From Abditibacterium sp. (GTDB lineage Bacteria; Armatimonadota; Abditibacteriia; Abditibacteriales; Abditibacteriaceae), in assembly GCA_965199495.1 (NCBI GenBank), contig CBDASK010000003.1:928001-992000 (forward strand): a DNA stretch of 64,000 nucleotides, given 5' to 3'. Below are positions 37,097 to 46,385 of this stretch, one piece after another. Below the pieces are notes generated by a model. The model did not search any database. It had not been told where the DNA came from and was given only the letters and a program-made list of their open reading frames with translations. Numbering within the stretch: position 1 is the stretch's first letter; every line of letters begins with the position of its first letter. The position numbers and the translations under genes are program-made.

Positions 37097-38221
37097 ATGA
37101 ACATTTCTCGACGTAAACTTCTCGAAACCGGTGGCATCGCCGCCGCCGGACTGGCCGCCGCGCGCGCCGGTCTGCAAAACGCTGGCGCCGCGACGCCTGA
37201 CACCCAAAACGGCGCCGAACCCGCCGCCAGATATCGCCCGGTTCAAGCGCCGCCTTCGGCAACGCTACCGATGCCAAAAACCACGCGACGCGGCGAAATG
37301 CTCTATCGCGAGCTGGGTTCGACGGGCCGCGAAGTTTCGCTCATCGGTTTGGGCGGCTTTCACATCGGCAAGCAAGCCACCGAAGCGGCTTCAGTGCAAA
37401 TCATCCGCACCGCGATTGACCGGGGCATCACCTTCATGGACAATTGCTGGGATTATCACGACGGTCTGAGCGAACTGCGCATGGGCAAGGCTTTGCGCAA
37501 TGGTTATCGCGACAAAGTGTTTTTGATGACCAAAATTGACGGTCGCGACAAGAAAACCGCCGCCAAACAAATCGAGGAATCGCTGGCGCGGCTGGGCACC
37601 GACCATGTGGATTTGCTACAACTTCACGAGATTTTGCGCATGGAAGACCCCGACCGCGTTTTCGCCAAAGGCGGCGCCATCGAAGCCGTAATGGAAGCGC
37701 GTAAAGCCGGGAAAATTCGCCACATCGGTTTCACCGGACATAAAGACCCGTTGGTGCATTTGCGAATGCTCGACATGGCGCGCGAAAACGGCGTGCATTT
37801 CGACACCGTTCAAATGCCAGTCAACGTAATGGATGCGCATTTTCGCTCGTTCCAGAACAAAGTTTTGCCGGTTTTGGTCGCCGAAAAAATCGGCCCAATC
37901 GCCATGAAAACGTTTGGCGACCATTTCATCTTGGATCACGTCACCAAAAGTAACACAGCCACACCAATTGAATTGTTGCATTACGGAATGTCGCAACCTG
38001 TTTCGGTCGTCGTCACCGGCATTGATTCGTTGAAGATTTTAGATCAAGCGTTTGAAGCCGCCAAAACGTGGCAACAGATGTCAGTGGGCGGCCAAAAAGC
38101 GTTGCTGGCGAAAATGGTAACGCCCGCGAAAACCGGGAATTACGAGAAATTTAAAACGACGCCGCACTTCGATTCCACGGCCAACAACCCGAAGTGGCTG
38201 GGCAACGCGGACGCGGCTTGA
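37097..38221 (+). CDS. Tat-exported aldo/keto reductase
   Basis: SRRKLL signal; GLGG, D...DY..G.SE, TK, SL.RL.TD.VDL.QLH. Confidence 0.9.
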   Translation: MNISRRKLLETGGIAAAGLAAARAGLQNAGAATPDTQNGAEPAARYRPVQAPPSATLPMPKTTRRGEMLYRELGSTGREVSLIGLGGFHIGKQATEAASVQIIRTAIDRGITFMDNCWDYHDGLSELRMGKALRNGYRDKVFLMTKIDGRDKKTAAKQIEESLARLGTDHVDLLQLHEILRMEDPDRVFAKGGAIEAVMEARKAGKIRHIGFTGHKDPLVHLRMLDMARENGVHFDTVQMPVNVMDAHFRSFQNKVLPVLVAEKIGPIAMKTFGDHFILDHVTKSNTATPIELLHYGMSQPVSVVVTGIDSLKILDQAFEAAKTWQQMSVGGQKALLAKMVTPAKTGNYEKFKTTPHFDSTANNPKWLGNADAA

Positions 38222-38237
38222 AAAGAGTTGACCACAA

Positions 38238-38311
38238 AAACAGAACCCGGAGCGGAAGCGACGTGGCTGCTATTTATTCCAGCCACGTCGCTTCCGCTCC
38301 GGGTTCTGTTT
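38238..38311. repeat. Inverted repeat with 32-bp perfect arms between convergent genes
   Basis: aaacagaacccggagcggaagcgacgtggctg / reverse complement, 10-bp loop. Confidence 0.9.
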
Positions 38312-38324
38312 GGGGTTTACCGAT

Positions 38325-38714
38325 CTAAATTTCAACTTTATAATCGAGTTTGATTTCGTCGCCGGTTTGTCCGCGAAAACCCCAGTTTTCCGGCGGCGAT
38401 TCTTGAATCGTAATTTCGATGTCCGCAACCGATATTTCAAGTTCGGCAGAAATCGCCGCGAACAAAAGTTTTATCAATCGCTTTTTAGTTTCGACGGTGC
38501 GTCCCGACATCATATTAATTTCGATGATGATGTATTTTTCAGTTCTGTCGGCGGGATAATAAAAATCGGCGGCGTCGAGCGAGAAGAAACGATGAAAGCG
38601 TTTTTCCAAAGGCACTTTCAAAACTTCGACAACGCACGCGTGAACAATGTCGGACAAACGTGATTTAATCGGTTGAAGTTGGTCTTGGCGACCGTAAATT
38701 TTGATTTGTGCCAT
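38325..38714 (-). CDS. Tautomerase family protein
   Basis: MAQIKIYG, KRFHRF, GRTVETKK.LI, ENWG.RG. Confidence 0.85.
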   Translation of the reverse strand: MAQIKIYGRQDQLQPIKSRLSDIVHACVVEVLKVPLEKRFHRFFSLDAADFYYPADRTEKYIIIEINMMSGRTVETKKRLIKLLFAAISAELEISVADIEITIQESPPENWGFRGQTGDEIKLDYKVEI

Positions 38715-38715
38715 A

Positions 38716-38964
38716 TTAGTTTAGCGACTTCCATCGGGCAATAGCTCGGTTGACGCAGACTTCGGATAATTTGAACGCTAACCCTGCCATAAGGCCAAAG
38801 AATAGAGCCGATACGAGAGAATGGTTTCCCGCTAATTGAATCCACCAGCGAATGTTGAGAGCGATAACTATTCGGCGGATCAAGGCTAATAACATCAGAG
38901 CCAAAGTCCATTCCAGAATTAATTTCCCCCACTCCAACGCGTTGCCAAAATGTTTTTTGTTCAT
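38716..38964 (-). CDS. Small hypothetical membrane protein
   Basis: 82-aa AT-rich ORF with two hydrophobic segments, stop 1 nt before the tautomerase start. Confidence 0.5.
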   Translation of the reverse strand: MNKKHFGNALEWGKLILEWTLALMLLALIRRIVIALNIRWWIQLAGNHSLVSALFFGLMAGLAFKLSEVCVNRAIARWKSLN

Positions 38965-39029
38965 TATAAAATTACCGATTAGGACAATCTAAACAATTTT
39001 CAACATCACTACGGTTCCCCTATTTCGAG

Positions 39030-39941
39030 TTACCCTTTGCGCAGAACCGCGCGCAAAGTTCCCAGCGTCGTTTTCGGCAATTGGCGCGCCGCTTTGCCGA
39101 CTTGTCTGGCGAATGGGCGCAGACGGGCGGCGCCTTGTTCGCGGCGAAACAGCGAATTTAACTCGTCGGCCAATAAACGCGGTTGCAAAATCGAAGTCAT
39201 CGTGCCTTCGCGCGCCAGACTGATGTTGCCGGTTTCTTCCGAGACGACGATGATTAAAGCATCGGTGGTTTCGGATAAACCGAGCGCGGCGCGATGGCGG
39301 GTGCCGACGGTGCGCGGCAAATTGGTATCGGTTGAGAGCGGCAAAATGCAGGCGGCAGCTTCGATTTTTTCGCCCTTAATAATACAGCCACCGTCGTGGA
39401 GCGGGTTGCCGTCGTGGAAGATGGCGCCCAGCAGCTCGGCGGAGACATTGGCGCCCAGCGCCGTGCCGGTGGCTGCGATGTCTTCCAAACCCGTCGCGCG
39501 TTCGACGGCGATGAGAGCGCCGGTTTTGGTTGCCGCCATGCCAGTGACGGCGCGCGTGATTTCTTCGACGACGCGCGTTTGCGCCGGAGTCGCGCTCTGC
39601 TGCATCCGAAATCCCAGCAACTCCAACCGACTGCGGCCCAGTTGATCCAGAGCCGCGCGCAGTTCGGGCTGAAACAGAATGACTAACACAACTGCCGAAG
39701 CGAACAACGCCTGCGAGATGAACCAATAAAGCGTGTCCATGCCCAAAAACTGCGCGCTTTTCATCACGACGAGCAAAATCGCCAAGCCTTTGAGCAACTG
39801 CATCGCGCGCGTGCCTTTGGCCAGCGCCAGCAGATAATAAATCGCCGTCGCCACCAACAAAATGTCGAGAATCGCCACCACATCCACTTGGCGCAGCAGA
39901 TGCTTGAGGTGAAGCGCAAACGAAACAGTTGAAGCGGGCAT
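39030..39941 (-). CDS. cdaA: Diadenylate cyclase CdaA/DacA
   Basis: 3 TM, GTRA, FQPELR.AL, GALI, PLHDG, GTRHRAA, VSEETG. Confidence 0.93.
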   Translation of the reverse strand: MPASTVSFALHLKHLLRQVDVVAILDILLVATAIYYLLALAKGTRAMQLLKGLAILLVVMKSAQFLGMDTLYWFISQALFASAVVLVILFQPELRAALDQLGRSRLELLGFRMQQSATPAQTRVVEEITRAVTGMAATKTGALIAVERATGLEDIAATGTALGANVSAELLGAIFHDGNPLHDGGCIIKGEKIEAAACILPLSTDTNLPRTVGTRHRAALGLSETTDALIIVVSEETGNISLAREGTMTSILQPRLLADELNSLFRREQGAARLRPFARQVGKAARQLPKTTLGTLRAVLRKG

Positions 39942-39948
39942 TGTTTTT

Positions 39949-40056
39949 GGGGAACACGGGACAAGTAGCAAGGAACATGGAAAAACATCGCGTTGTGCAA
40001 TGCGGCAGAAAATCTCAATCTGCTGCTTGTTCCCTGTTCCCTGTTCCTTGTTCCTG
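39949..40056. repeat. Inverted heptamer arrays (GGAACAG-like) overlapping the alr 3' end
   Basis: ggaacac gggacaa ... ggaacat on the left; tgttccc tgttccc tgttcct on the right. Confidence 0.8.
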
Positions 40057-41166
40057 ATGGTAGACGCGCGGCACGCGGGCCGAGACCGCGCACAACAGTT
40101 CATACGAAATAGTGTCGGCGCGCGTCGCCACTTCTTCGACGGGCAAACCCTCGCCCCACAACGTGACTTGCGCGCCGATATCAACGTTCTTAGGTGCGTC
40201 GGTGACATCCACCAAGATTTGATCCATCGTCACGCGGCCTACAACGGGGCAACGCGCGCCGCCAATCAAAACTTCGCCACGATTGCTCAAGGCGCGCAGA
40301 TAACCGTCGGCGTAACCGCAAGCGACAACCGCAATTTGGGAGTCGCGCGCCGCACGCCATGTCGCGCCATAGGAAACCGTCGCGCCCGCGTTCACTTCGT
40401 GAATCGCCGTCACGCGCGAAAGTCGCGTCATGACCGGTTTTAATTCGGTTTTATCGCATAAATCGGCGCACGGATGAGCGCCGTAAAGCGCGAGACCGGG
40501 GCGCACGGCGTCGAAGTGCGAGCGTTTGTAACGCAATTGCGTCGCCGAATTGCCCGTGTGTTTTAAAACGTGCGCGCCGATATTTGCTTCGTCTGTAAAC
40601 CGCTCGAAGCGTTGCAGTTGCAGCATCGTCAACTCGTCGTTTTCGTCGTCGGCGCACGCCATGTGGGTATAAACGCCGCGCCATTCGATGTTTTGGAAAC
40701 GTTGTAATTCGCGCCAACGATTTGGCGCCTCGCACCAATGCACGCCCAAGCGCGCCATGCCGCTATCCACTTTGAAATGCGCGGGCAAAACGCGCCCGAT
40801 TTTTCGCGCGACATCGTTCCATGCGGCGGCGAGTTCGCTCGTCCAAATCGTCGGCGTCAATTCGGCGCGCGCGGCAGTTTCGACTTCTGCGGGCAACAAA
40901 GCCGACAATAATAATATCGGTTTTTCGATGCCGCCCGCGCGCAGTTCGGCGCCTTCGTCAACAGAAGCCACGGCGAGCATCTCGACGAAATCTAATTCGC
41001 TTAAAGTTTGCGCGACGGGCAAGGCGCCGTGGCCGTAGGCATTGGCTTTGACCACGCAAATCAGGCGCGCGGGCGCGGCGTTCTGGGCCAAAACGCGCGC
41101 GTTGTGGCGCAGGAAGTCGAGGTTGATGTGCGCCCAATTGGGCCGCGAAAAAGAGAAATCGGTCAC
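40015..41166 (-). CDS. alr: Alanine racemase
   Basis: VVKANAYGHG, KVDSGM.RLG, VRPGLALYG, GYADG, GRVTMDQ, TISYE. Confidence 0.96.
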   Translation of the reverse strand: MTDFSFSRPNWAHINLDFLRHNARVLAQNAAPARLICVVKANAYGHGALPVAQTLSELDFVEMLAVASVDEGAELRAGGIEKPILLLSALLPAEVETAARAELTPTIWTSELAAAWNDVARKIGRVLPAHFKVDSGMARLGVHWCEAPNRWRELQRFQNIEWRGVYTHMACADDENDELTMLQLQRFERFTDEANIGAHVLKHTGNSATQLRYKRSHFDAVRPGLALYGAHPCADLCDKTELKPVMTRLSRVTAIHEVNAGATVSYGATWRAARDSQIAVVACGYADGYLRALSNRGEVLIGGARCPVVGRVTMDQILVDVTDAPKNVDIGAQVTLWGEGLPVEEVATRADTISYELLCAVSARVPRVYHQEQGTGNREQAAD

Positions 41167-41240
41167 GAAAACGGCAGTCGAAAAGCCGATACTATTTTAC
41201 CGAGTTAGAGAGTATCAGGCGTTCGCAACCGGAACATTTT

Positions 41241-41352
41241 TTAGCCACAAAAACACAGAACTCACAAAAGGCACAAAAGAGGTTTCCAAAGAACAGAACT
41301 ACCCTTCAAAACTTTTTTGTGCCTTTTATGAGTTCTGTGTTTTTGTGGCTAA
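41241..41352. repeat. Palindromic element, AGCCAC...GTGGCT family
   Basis: ttagccacaaaaacacagaactcacaaaaggcacaaaa mirrored with 1 mismatch. Confidence 0.92.
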
Positions 41353-41513
41353 GGAAAAGGCTCGCAAATCGCGTCCCGTGTATCGGCATTGGTGTTATGG
41401 CTAAGAAAAGTCAAATTAGGTGACACGTAACGCAGCGCCCAGCGTCATACTGCAAAGCAGCGAAAAAAGCTGATTGGCGCTGCCGGAGAAAGCGCACCCC
41501 ACAAGGATTTACT

Positions 41514-41810
41514 ATGCCCACACTTGGACCAATGGAATTGCTGATTATTGCCGGAGTCATCGTGCTTTTGTTTGGCAGCGCCAAACTGCCCCAACTCATG
41601 CGCGGCATGGGCGAAGGCATGAAGGAATTCAAGAAAGCCACGCGCGATGACGATGAACCCACCGCCGTCGCGCTCAACCCGATGGCCGAAAAAGAACGCG
41701 AATTGGATCGCGAACGCGAGCGTCTGCGCGAACGTGAACGCGAATTAGACCGCGAACGCGAACGCTTGACTTCCGGTTCTTCGTCTACAACCAACACCAA
41801 CAGCTTGTAA
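41514..41810 (+). CDS. tatA: Twin-arginine translocase TatA
   Basis: LGPMELLII...LLFG..KLPQL.RGMGEG.KEFKK. Confidence 0.92.
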   Translation: MPTLGPMELLIIAGVIVLLFGSAKLPQLMRGMGEGMKEFKKATRDDDEPTAVALNPMAEKERELDRERERLRERERELDRERERLTSGSSSTTNTNSL

Positions 41811-41909
41811 ATCCCGCTGCAATTGGAAAAACTCCGCCCGCCATTTTTGGTGCGCGGAGTTTTCGTTTATCCGGGCCAGACTTGCCTCGAAAAAACCGTT
41901 GATTTCGTC

Positions 41910-41938
41910 TTGAATGTCGCGCGCCTCTCAAATATAAT
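41910..41938 (+). promoter_or_regulatory. Sigma70-type promoter, probably giving leaderless mRNA
   Basis: TTGAAT-17 nt-TATAAT ending 6 nt before ATG 41945; no SD. Confidence 0.65.
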
Positions 41939-41944
41939 TTTTTG

Positions 41945-42736
41945 ATGTCACTTTTTGGCAAAATTTTGCTGCTCGCTTCGGTTTCGCTTTTCGCGCCTTG
42001 CGCCCACGCCCAAACCGACAAAAAGCTGGCGGACACAATCCCGGCTTCTGTGGCGGCGACGATGCCGACGGGCGTTCTCGACATCGCGACTTACCGCCTC
42101 GCGCCCGCGCCCGGCGAGCCGCAGTTGCTGGTTCATCTGTGGTGCGCGCCGCGCCGCAATCCCGAAGGTTCGTATGGCTATGGGCCGGACTACTACACCG
42201 GCAAAATCACGCGCGAAGAAGCCGGAAATTCGGAGGGATTGCGCCCTTCGCCTTTCATTTACGACATTTTTGTATCCGACGGCAAAGGCGGCTGGGATTA
42301 TCGAAATTCTATTTTCCACAACGCCAACAGCACGCCCAGCGAGATTACCCTGCGGTATCTAAATAACCAAACCAAAAGCGGTTATGTCTTCGAGATCAAC
42401 GGATTTTATGGCGACGCTTCCATTGGTTATCGAAATGTGCGCACGCTTTATGTGTTCACCCATGCAAACTTTTATAGTGATTATTATCCTGAAACGGAAC
42501 AGATTTTAAGGCGCGATTTTAGCGACATCGTCAGACGGCATGTGCTATCGGGCCAAATCTACTACACATTCGACCGAGACGCGCGCGGCTACCTGCGAGT
42601 CAACAAATCCGAGGGCGATTTGGATTTGGAAACCCGGACGAGTTTCGACATACGAACGGTTTCCAAATGGGACGAGGAGGCAAAAGATTGGAAAGCGGGG
42701 CGCCCGGTGAGATTACCGGCGGAGATTAAAAGATAA
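41945..42736 (+). CDS. Secreted hypothetical protein, paralog A
   Basis: Signal peptide ending AHA-Q; conserved blocks shared with 42772-43515. Confidence 0.85.
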   Translation: MSLFGKILLLASVSLFAPCAHAQTDKKLADTIPASVAATMPTGVLDIATYRLAPAPGEPQLLVHLWCAPRRNPEGSYGYGPDYYTGKITREEAGNSEGLRPSPFIYDIFVSDGKGGWDYRNSIFHNANSTPSEITLRYLNNQTKSGYVFEINGFYGDASIGYRNVRTLYVFTHANFYSDYYPETEQILRRDFSDIVRRHVLSGQIYYTFDRDARGYLRVNKSEGDLDLETRTSFDIRTVSKWDEEAKDWKAGRPVRLPAEIKR

Positions 42737-42771
42737 GCGGGCGAGCATCGCTCCGCGCGTCCTCAACGTTT

Positions 42772-43515
42772 ATGTTCAAAATTTCCCATTTTCTTTGGCT
42801 CGCGTCGCTGCTTTTGGTGACGTCCGCGACGCAGGCGCAACCCGCCAGCAAAAAACTCCCGGCGCCCGTGGCTGCTACGATGCCGACGCGCATTCTCGAT
42901 ATCGCGACTTACCGCATTGCGCCCGCGCCCGGCGCGCCCAAAATGCTGATTCATCTGTGGGCCGCACCGCGCCGCAACCCAGATGCGGGCGGCACATTTC
43001 ATGCGCCTGCGGGCACTTTCAAAGGCAAAGTTACGGTTGCAGAGGTCAATTCGTTCGACAGTTTGTATACCACGGCATTTAACTATGACATCTTCGCACC
43101 CAACGGCAAAGGCGGCTGGAATTATCTCAATTCCATCATTTATATCGGCACTTCGGCACCTTCCGCGCCGGAGATCCGTTATTTGAACAACGTAACCAAG
43201 CAGGGATTGGTCTTGGAATTGGATCAATTCGGCGGGCAATATATCACCGAACGCACGCTTTATGTGCTGCGGAATTTGGAAGCGGGCAGCTCCTTTTTCA
43301 CACGCGATTTTTCTAATGTCCACCCACCCGCCAATTCGGGCGGCGTCAGTCAGGGCTTTGGCCGTGACGCGCGTGGCTATGTCCAACTCATCAAATCTGA
43401 AGCAGGTCAGGACGAGACAACCGGGAAACTTTTTAACACGCGAACAGTGTTCAACTGGGACGAGAACACGGGCGATTGGAAAGCCGGACGCCCCATCGTT
43501 AGCGAGCGAAAATAG
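42772..43515 (+). CDS. Secreted hypothetical protein, paralog B
   Basis: Signal peptide ending TQA-Q; paralog of the upstream gene. Confidence 0.85.
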   Translation: MFKISHFLWLASLLLVTSATQAQPASKKLPAPVAATMPTRILDIATYRIAPAPGAPKMLIHLWAAPRRNPDAGGTFHAPAGTFKGKVTVAEVNSFDSLYTTAFNYDIFAPNGKGGWNYLNSIIYIGTSAPSAPEIRYLNNVTKQGLVLELDQFGGQYITERTLYVLRNLEAGSSFFTRDFSNVHPPANSGGVSQGFGRDARGYVQLIKSEAGQDETTGKLFNTRTVFNWDENTGDWKAGRPIVSERK

Positions 43516-43553
43516 CGTTGTAGAAACGTGCGATTGCCTTAAACTCTCGCGCG

Positions 43554-44720
43554 ATGACAATTCCCGATGGCCCCGCATTTTTCCCTTGGCGACGCGAGCA
43601 ATTTCCCTTTTTCCAGCATAAAATCTGCCTGACGCATGCCAGCGTGGCTCCCCTGCCCGCGCGCACGACAGAAGCGCTGGTAGATTTTTCGCGCCGATTA
43701 GCGCACGAAGGCCAGTTCGATTTCGTCAGCCAAGATATTTACGCGCGCGCCAAAGAACGCATCGCGCAAATGCTCGGCAACGGCGCGAAATCCAACGAGA
43801 TCGCGATGGCGAGTTCGACTTCGCACGCTCTGGGTTTGGTGGCGACTTCGTTTCCGTGGCAAGCGGGCGATAACTGCGTCGTCGTTGACGGCGATTTTCC
43901 GGCGAACGTGATCATCTGGAAGAATTTGGAGCCGACGCAAAACGTCGAAATTCGGATGGTGCCCTACCGCGAAAACAGCGAATGGACATGGGAAGATTTC
44001 GAGCCGTTATTGGACGAGCGCACGCGTTTGGTCGCGGTTTCGGCGGTCAATTTTCTGACCGGTTGTCCGTTGGATATTAAGACTTTGGGCGAGAAATTAC
44101 ATGCGCGCGGCATCGCTTTGTGCGTGGATGCGATTCAGGCGTTTGGCGCCGTGGCTACCGATTACAGCGCGGCGGACTTCGTGTGCGCCGACGCGCACAA
44201 ATGGATGCTGGGGCCGTTGGGCGCGGCGTTTACGTGGTTTTCGCCCAAATATCTGAGTCAGATGCGCCCACAAATTTTGGGCTGGCTCGCCGTCGCGGGC
44301 CGCGATAGTTGGTTCGATTATGGAATTGAACCGTTCCCGACTGCCGAGCGATTCGAGCCGGGCGCGCGCAATTATCTGGGCGTCGTCGGCATGGAAGCCT
44401 CGCTCGCGCTGTTGCAGGATGCTGGCATGGAAACAGTGGAAAAACGCGTGGTTGGTTTGCGCGATTACGGCGCGCAGAAATTGGCCGAAGTGGGCGCCAC
44501 AATTTTATGGCGCGGCGACGAAACCAAACCGAGCGGCACGGTTTCGTTTCAAGTTCCCGGCAAAGAGTTAAACGCGCTGTATCAACATTTGGACAAACAG
44601 TTCGCGGTCGCTTTGCGGCCCGACCGCGCGAAGCAGAATTGGATTCGGGTTTCGGCGCATTTCATGAATTGCGAAGACGATTTGGACGAGTTGGCGGCGG
44701 CGGTTAAAGCGTTCGGATAA
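43554..44720 (+). CDS. Class V PLP-dependent aminotransferase (cysteine desulfurase/lyase-like)
   Basis: VDAIQA.G, DAHKWMLGP.G (PLP lysine), RFEPG, IRVS.HF.N. Confidence 0.9.
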   Translation: MTIPDGPAFFPWRREQFPFFQHKICLTHASVAPLPARTTEALVDFSRRLAHEGQFDFVSQDIYARAKERIAQMLGNGAKSNEIAMASSTSHALGLVATSFPWQAGDNCVVVDGDFPANVIIWKNLEPTQNVEIRMVPYRENSEWTWEDFEPLLDERTRLVAVSAVNFLTGCPLDIKTLGEKLHARGIALCVDAIQAFGAVATDYSAADFVCADAHKWMLGPLGAAFTWFSPKYLSQMRPQILGWLAVAGRDSWFDYGIEPFPTAERFEPGARNYLGVVGMEASLALLQDAGMETVEKRVVGLRDYGAQKLAEVGATILWRGDETKPSGTVSFQVPGKELNALYQHLDKQFAVALRPDRAKQNWIRVSAHFMNCEDDLDELAAAVKAFG

Positions 44721-44759
44721 ACCAAATTTAACGTGTTTGGTTTAAACTATTCTCATCTC

Positions 44760-46271
44760 ATGGCCAATATTTCCCGTCGTCAATTTTTGCAATCAGCCGG
44801 TGGCGTCACGTTTCTGGCGCTGACACCGATTGCCCGCAGCCTGTTCGCCGCGACCGATAATAACAACGCGAAGTGGCCGCTTTTCACCGCTCTACCCTAT
44901 GTGCAGCCGGGCGCCAACTCGAAACTCATTGAGAACGCCGAAACCTTCGTCATCGCGTGGCAAACTGAAGCCAAAGCCGCCGATTTTCGCTGCGAATACG
45001 GCACGACCGAGCGTTACGGCCAGAGCGCGCCCATCGAGCAAACCAAAGTCTGGGCGGGCAACGAGGAAAAAGATGGGCGCATTCACTATAGTGCGCATCC
45101 GACGAAGTTGAAATTGGGCACGCGCTACTATTATCGCGTTTGGTGCAACGGCGAAGAATTGTTCGCGGGCTACCTCACGACGAGGCAGCCACGCGGGACG
45201 CGCATTCGCTTCGCCACGTTTGGCGACAACTCGTATGGCGGCGATGCAGACCGCGCCATCGCGTTTCGGACTTACGAGCAGCATCCCGATTTCGTGATGA
45301 ATACCGGCGATAACGTCTATGACGGCGGGCGCAACGGCGAATACGAAGACCATTGGTTTCCGATTTACAACAACGACAAAGCCTCGCCCGAAACCGGCGC
45401 GCCACTTTTGCGCAGCGTGCCGTTTTATACAGTGCTGGCCAATCACGATGTGCGCGACCAGAAACCGGGCGGCGGGCCGTGCGCCAACTTCGACCGCGAG
45501 CGTGATTATCTGGCGTATTACACCGCGATGCACCTGCCGATGAACGGGCCGCAACCACCGTTTCCCACGACTTGCATCGGCGACGAAGGCCGCATCCAAG
45601 ATTTCAAGCGCGCGGCGGGCGCGCGCTATCCGAAAATGGCGAACTATTCTTACGATTACGGCGACGCCCATTTTCTCTGCATGGATTCCAATGTATACGT
45701 TGATCCAAGCGACGAAGGTATGATTCAATGGATCGAAAACGATTTAAAATCAACCGACGCAATATGGAAATTCGTGACGTTTCATCATCCGGCGTATAAC
45801 GTCGGTAATGCCCATTTTAAGGAACAACATATGCGCGTTTTATCGCCGCTCTTCGAGAAACATAACGTGGATTTTGTGTTGCACGGACACGAGCATAACT
45901 ATCAGCGCACCAAACCATTTCGGTTCGCGTCCGGTGATGAATCAAAGGTTCATAAAATCAATTCGAGCGACCGTTTAATTCCGGGCCAATTCACCATTGA
46001 CAACGCATTCGATGGCGCCAAAAACAACAAACCTCAAGGTATTATTTATCTGACGACGGGCGCGGGCGGCGCGCATCTTTACGATACCGAATTCACCAAC
46101 GATCCATCGAAGTGGCTGCATCCGCAAGACGATAATGCGCCCTATGTCGCGCAAGTTTTCGCCGACCGCCATTCGCTCACGATTTTCGAGATCGCGGGCA
46201 AAACGTTGGACATGAAACAGGTGGACGAAAACGGAAAAATCATAGATCGATTGCGCGTGAAAAAAGCGTAA
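44760..46271 (+). CDS. Tat-exported metallophosphoesterase (purple acid phosphatase-like with FN3 domain)
   Basis: SRRQFL signal; FGD, GDNVY, ANHD, HHP, GHEHNY. Confidence 0.9.
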   Translation: MANISRRQFLQSAGGVTFLALTPIARSLFAATDNNNAKWPLFTALPYVQPGANSKLIENAETFVIAWQTEAKAADFRCEYGTTERYGQSAPIEQTKVWAGNEEKDGRIHYSAHPTKLKLGTRYYYRVWCNGEELFAGYLTTRQPRGTRIRFATFGDNSYGGDADRAIAFRTYEQHPDFVMNTGDNVYDGGRNGEYEDHWFPIYNNDKASPETGAPLLRSVPFYTVLANHDVRDQKPGGGPCANFDRERDYLAYYTAMHLPMNGPQPPFPTTCIGDEGRIQDFKRAAGARYPKMANYSYDYGDAHFLCMDSNVYVDPSDEGMIQWIENDLKSTDAIWKFVTFHHPAYNVGNAHFKEQHMRVLSPLFEKHNVDFVLHGHEHNYQRTKPFRFASGDESKVHKINSSDRLIPGQFTIDNAFDGAKNNKPQGIIYLTTGAGGAHLYDTEFTNDPSKWLHPQDDNAPYVAQVFADRHSLTIFEIAGKTLDMKQVDENGKIIDRLRVKKA

Positions 46272-46280
46272 ATTTTGATA

Positions 46281-46380
46281 GCCACGAAAAGGCACAAAAA
46301 CAACAAAAAGTTTAGAAGAACTCGCCAAAAATAAAGAAAGTTCGTCCAAACCTTTTGTTGTTTTTGTGCCTTTTCGTGGC
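46281..46380. repeat. Palindromic element, AGCCAC...GTGGCT family
   Basis: gccacgaaaaggcacaaaaacaacaaaa / ttttgttgtttttgtgccttttcgtggc. Confidence 0.92.
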
Positions 46381-46385
46381 CAATT

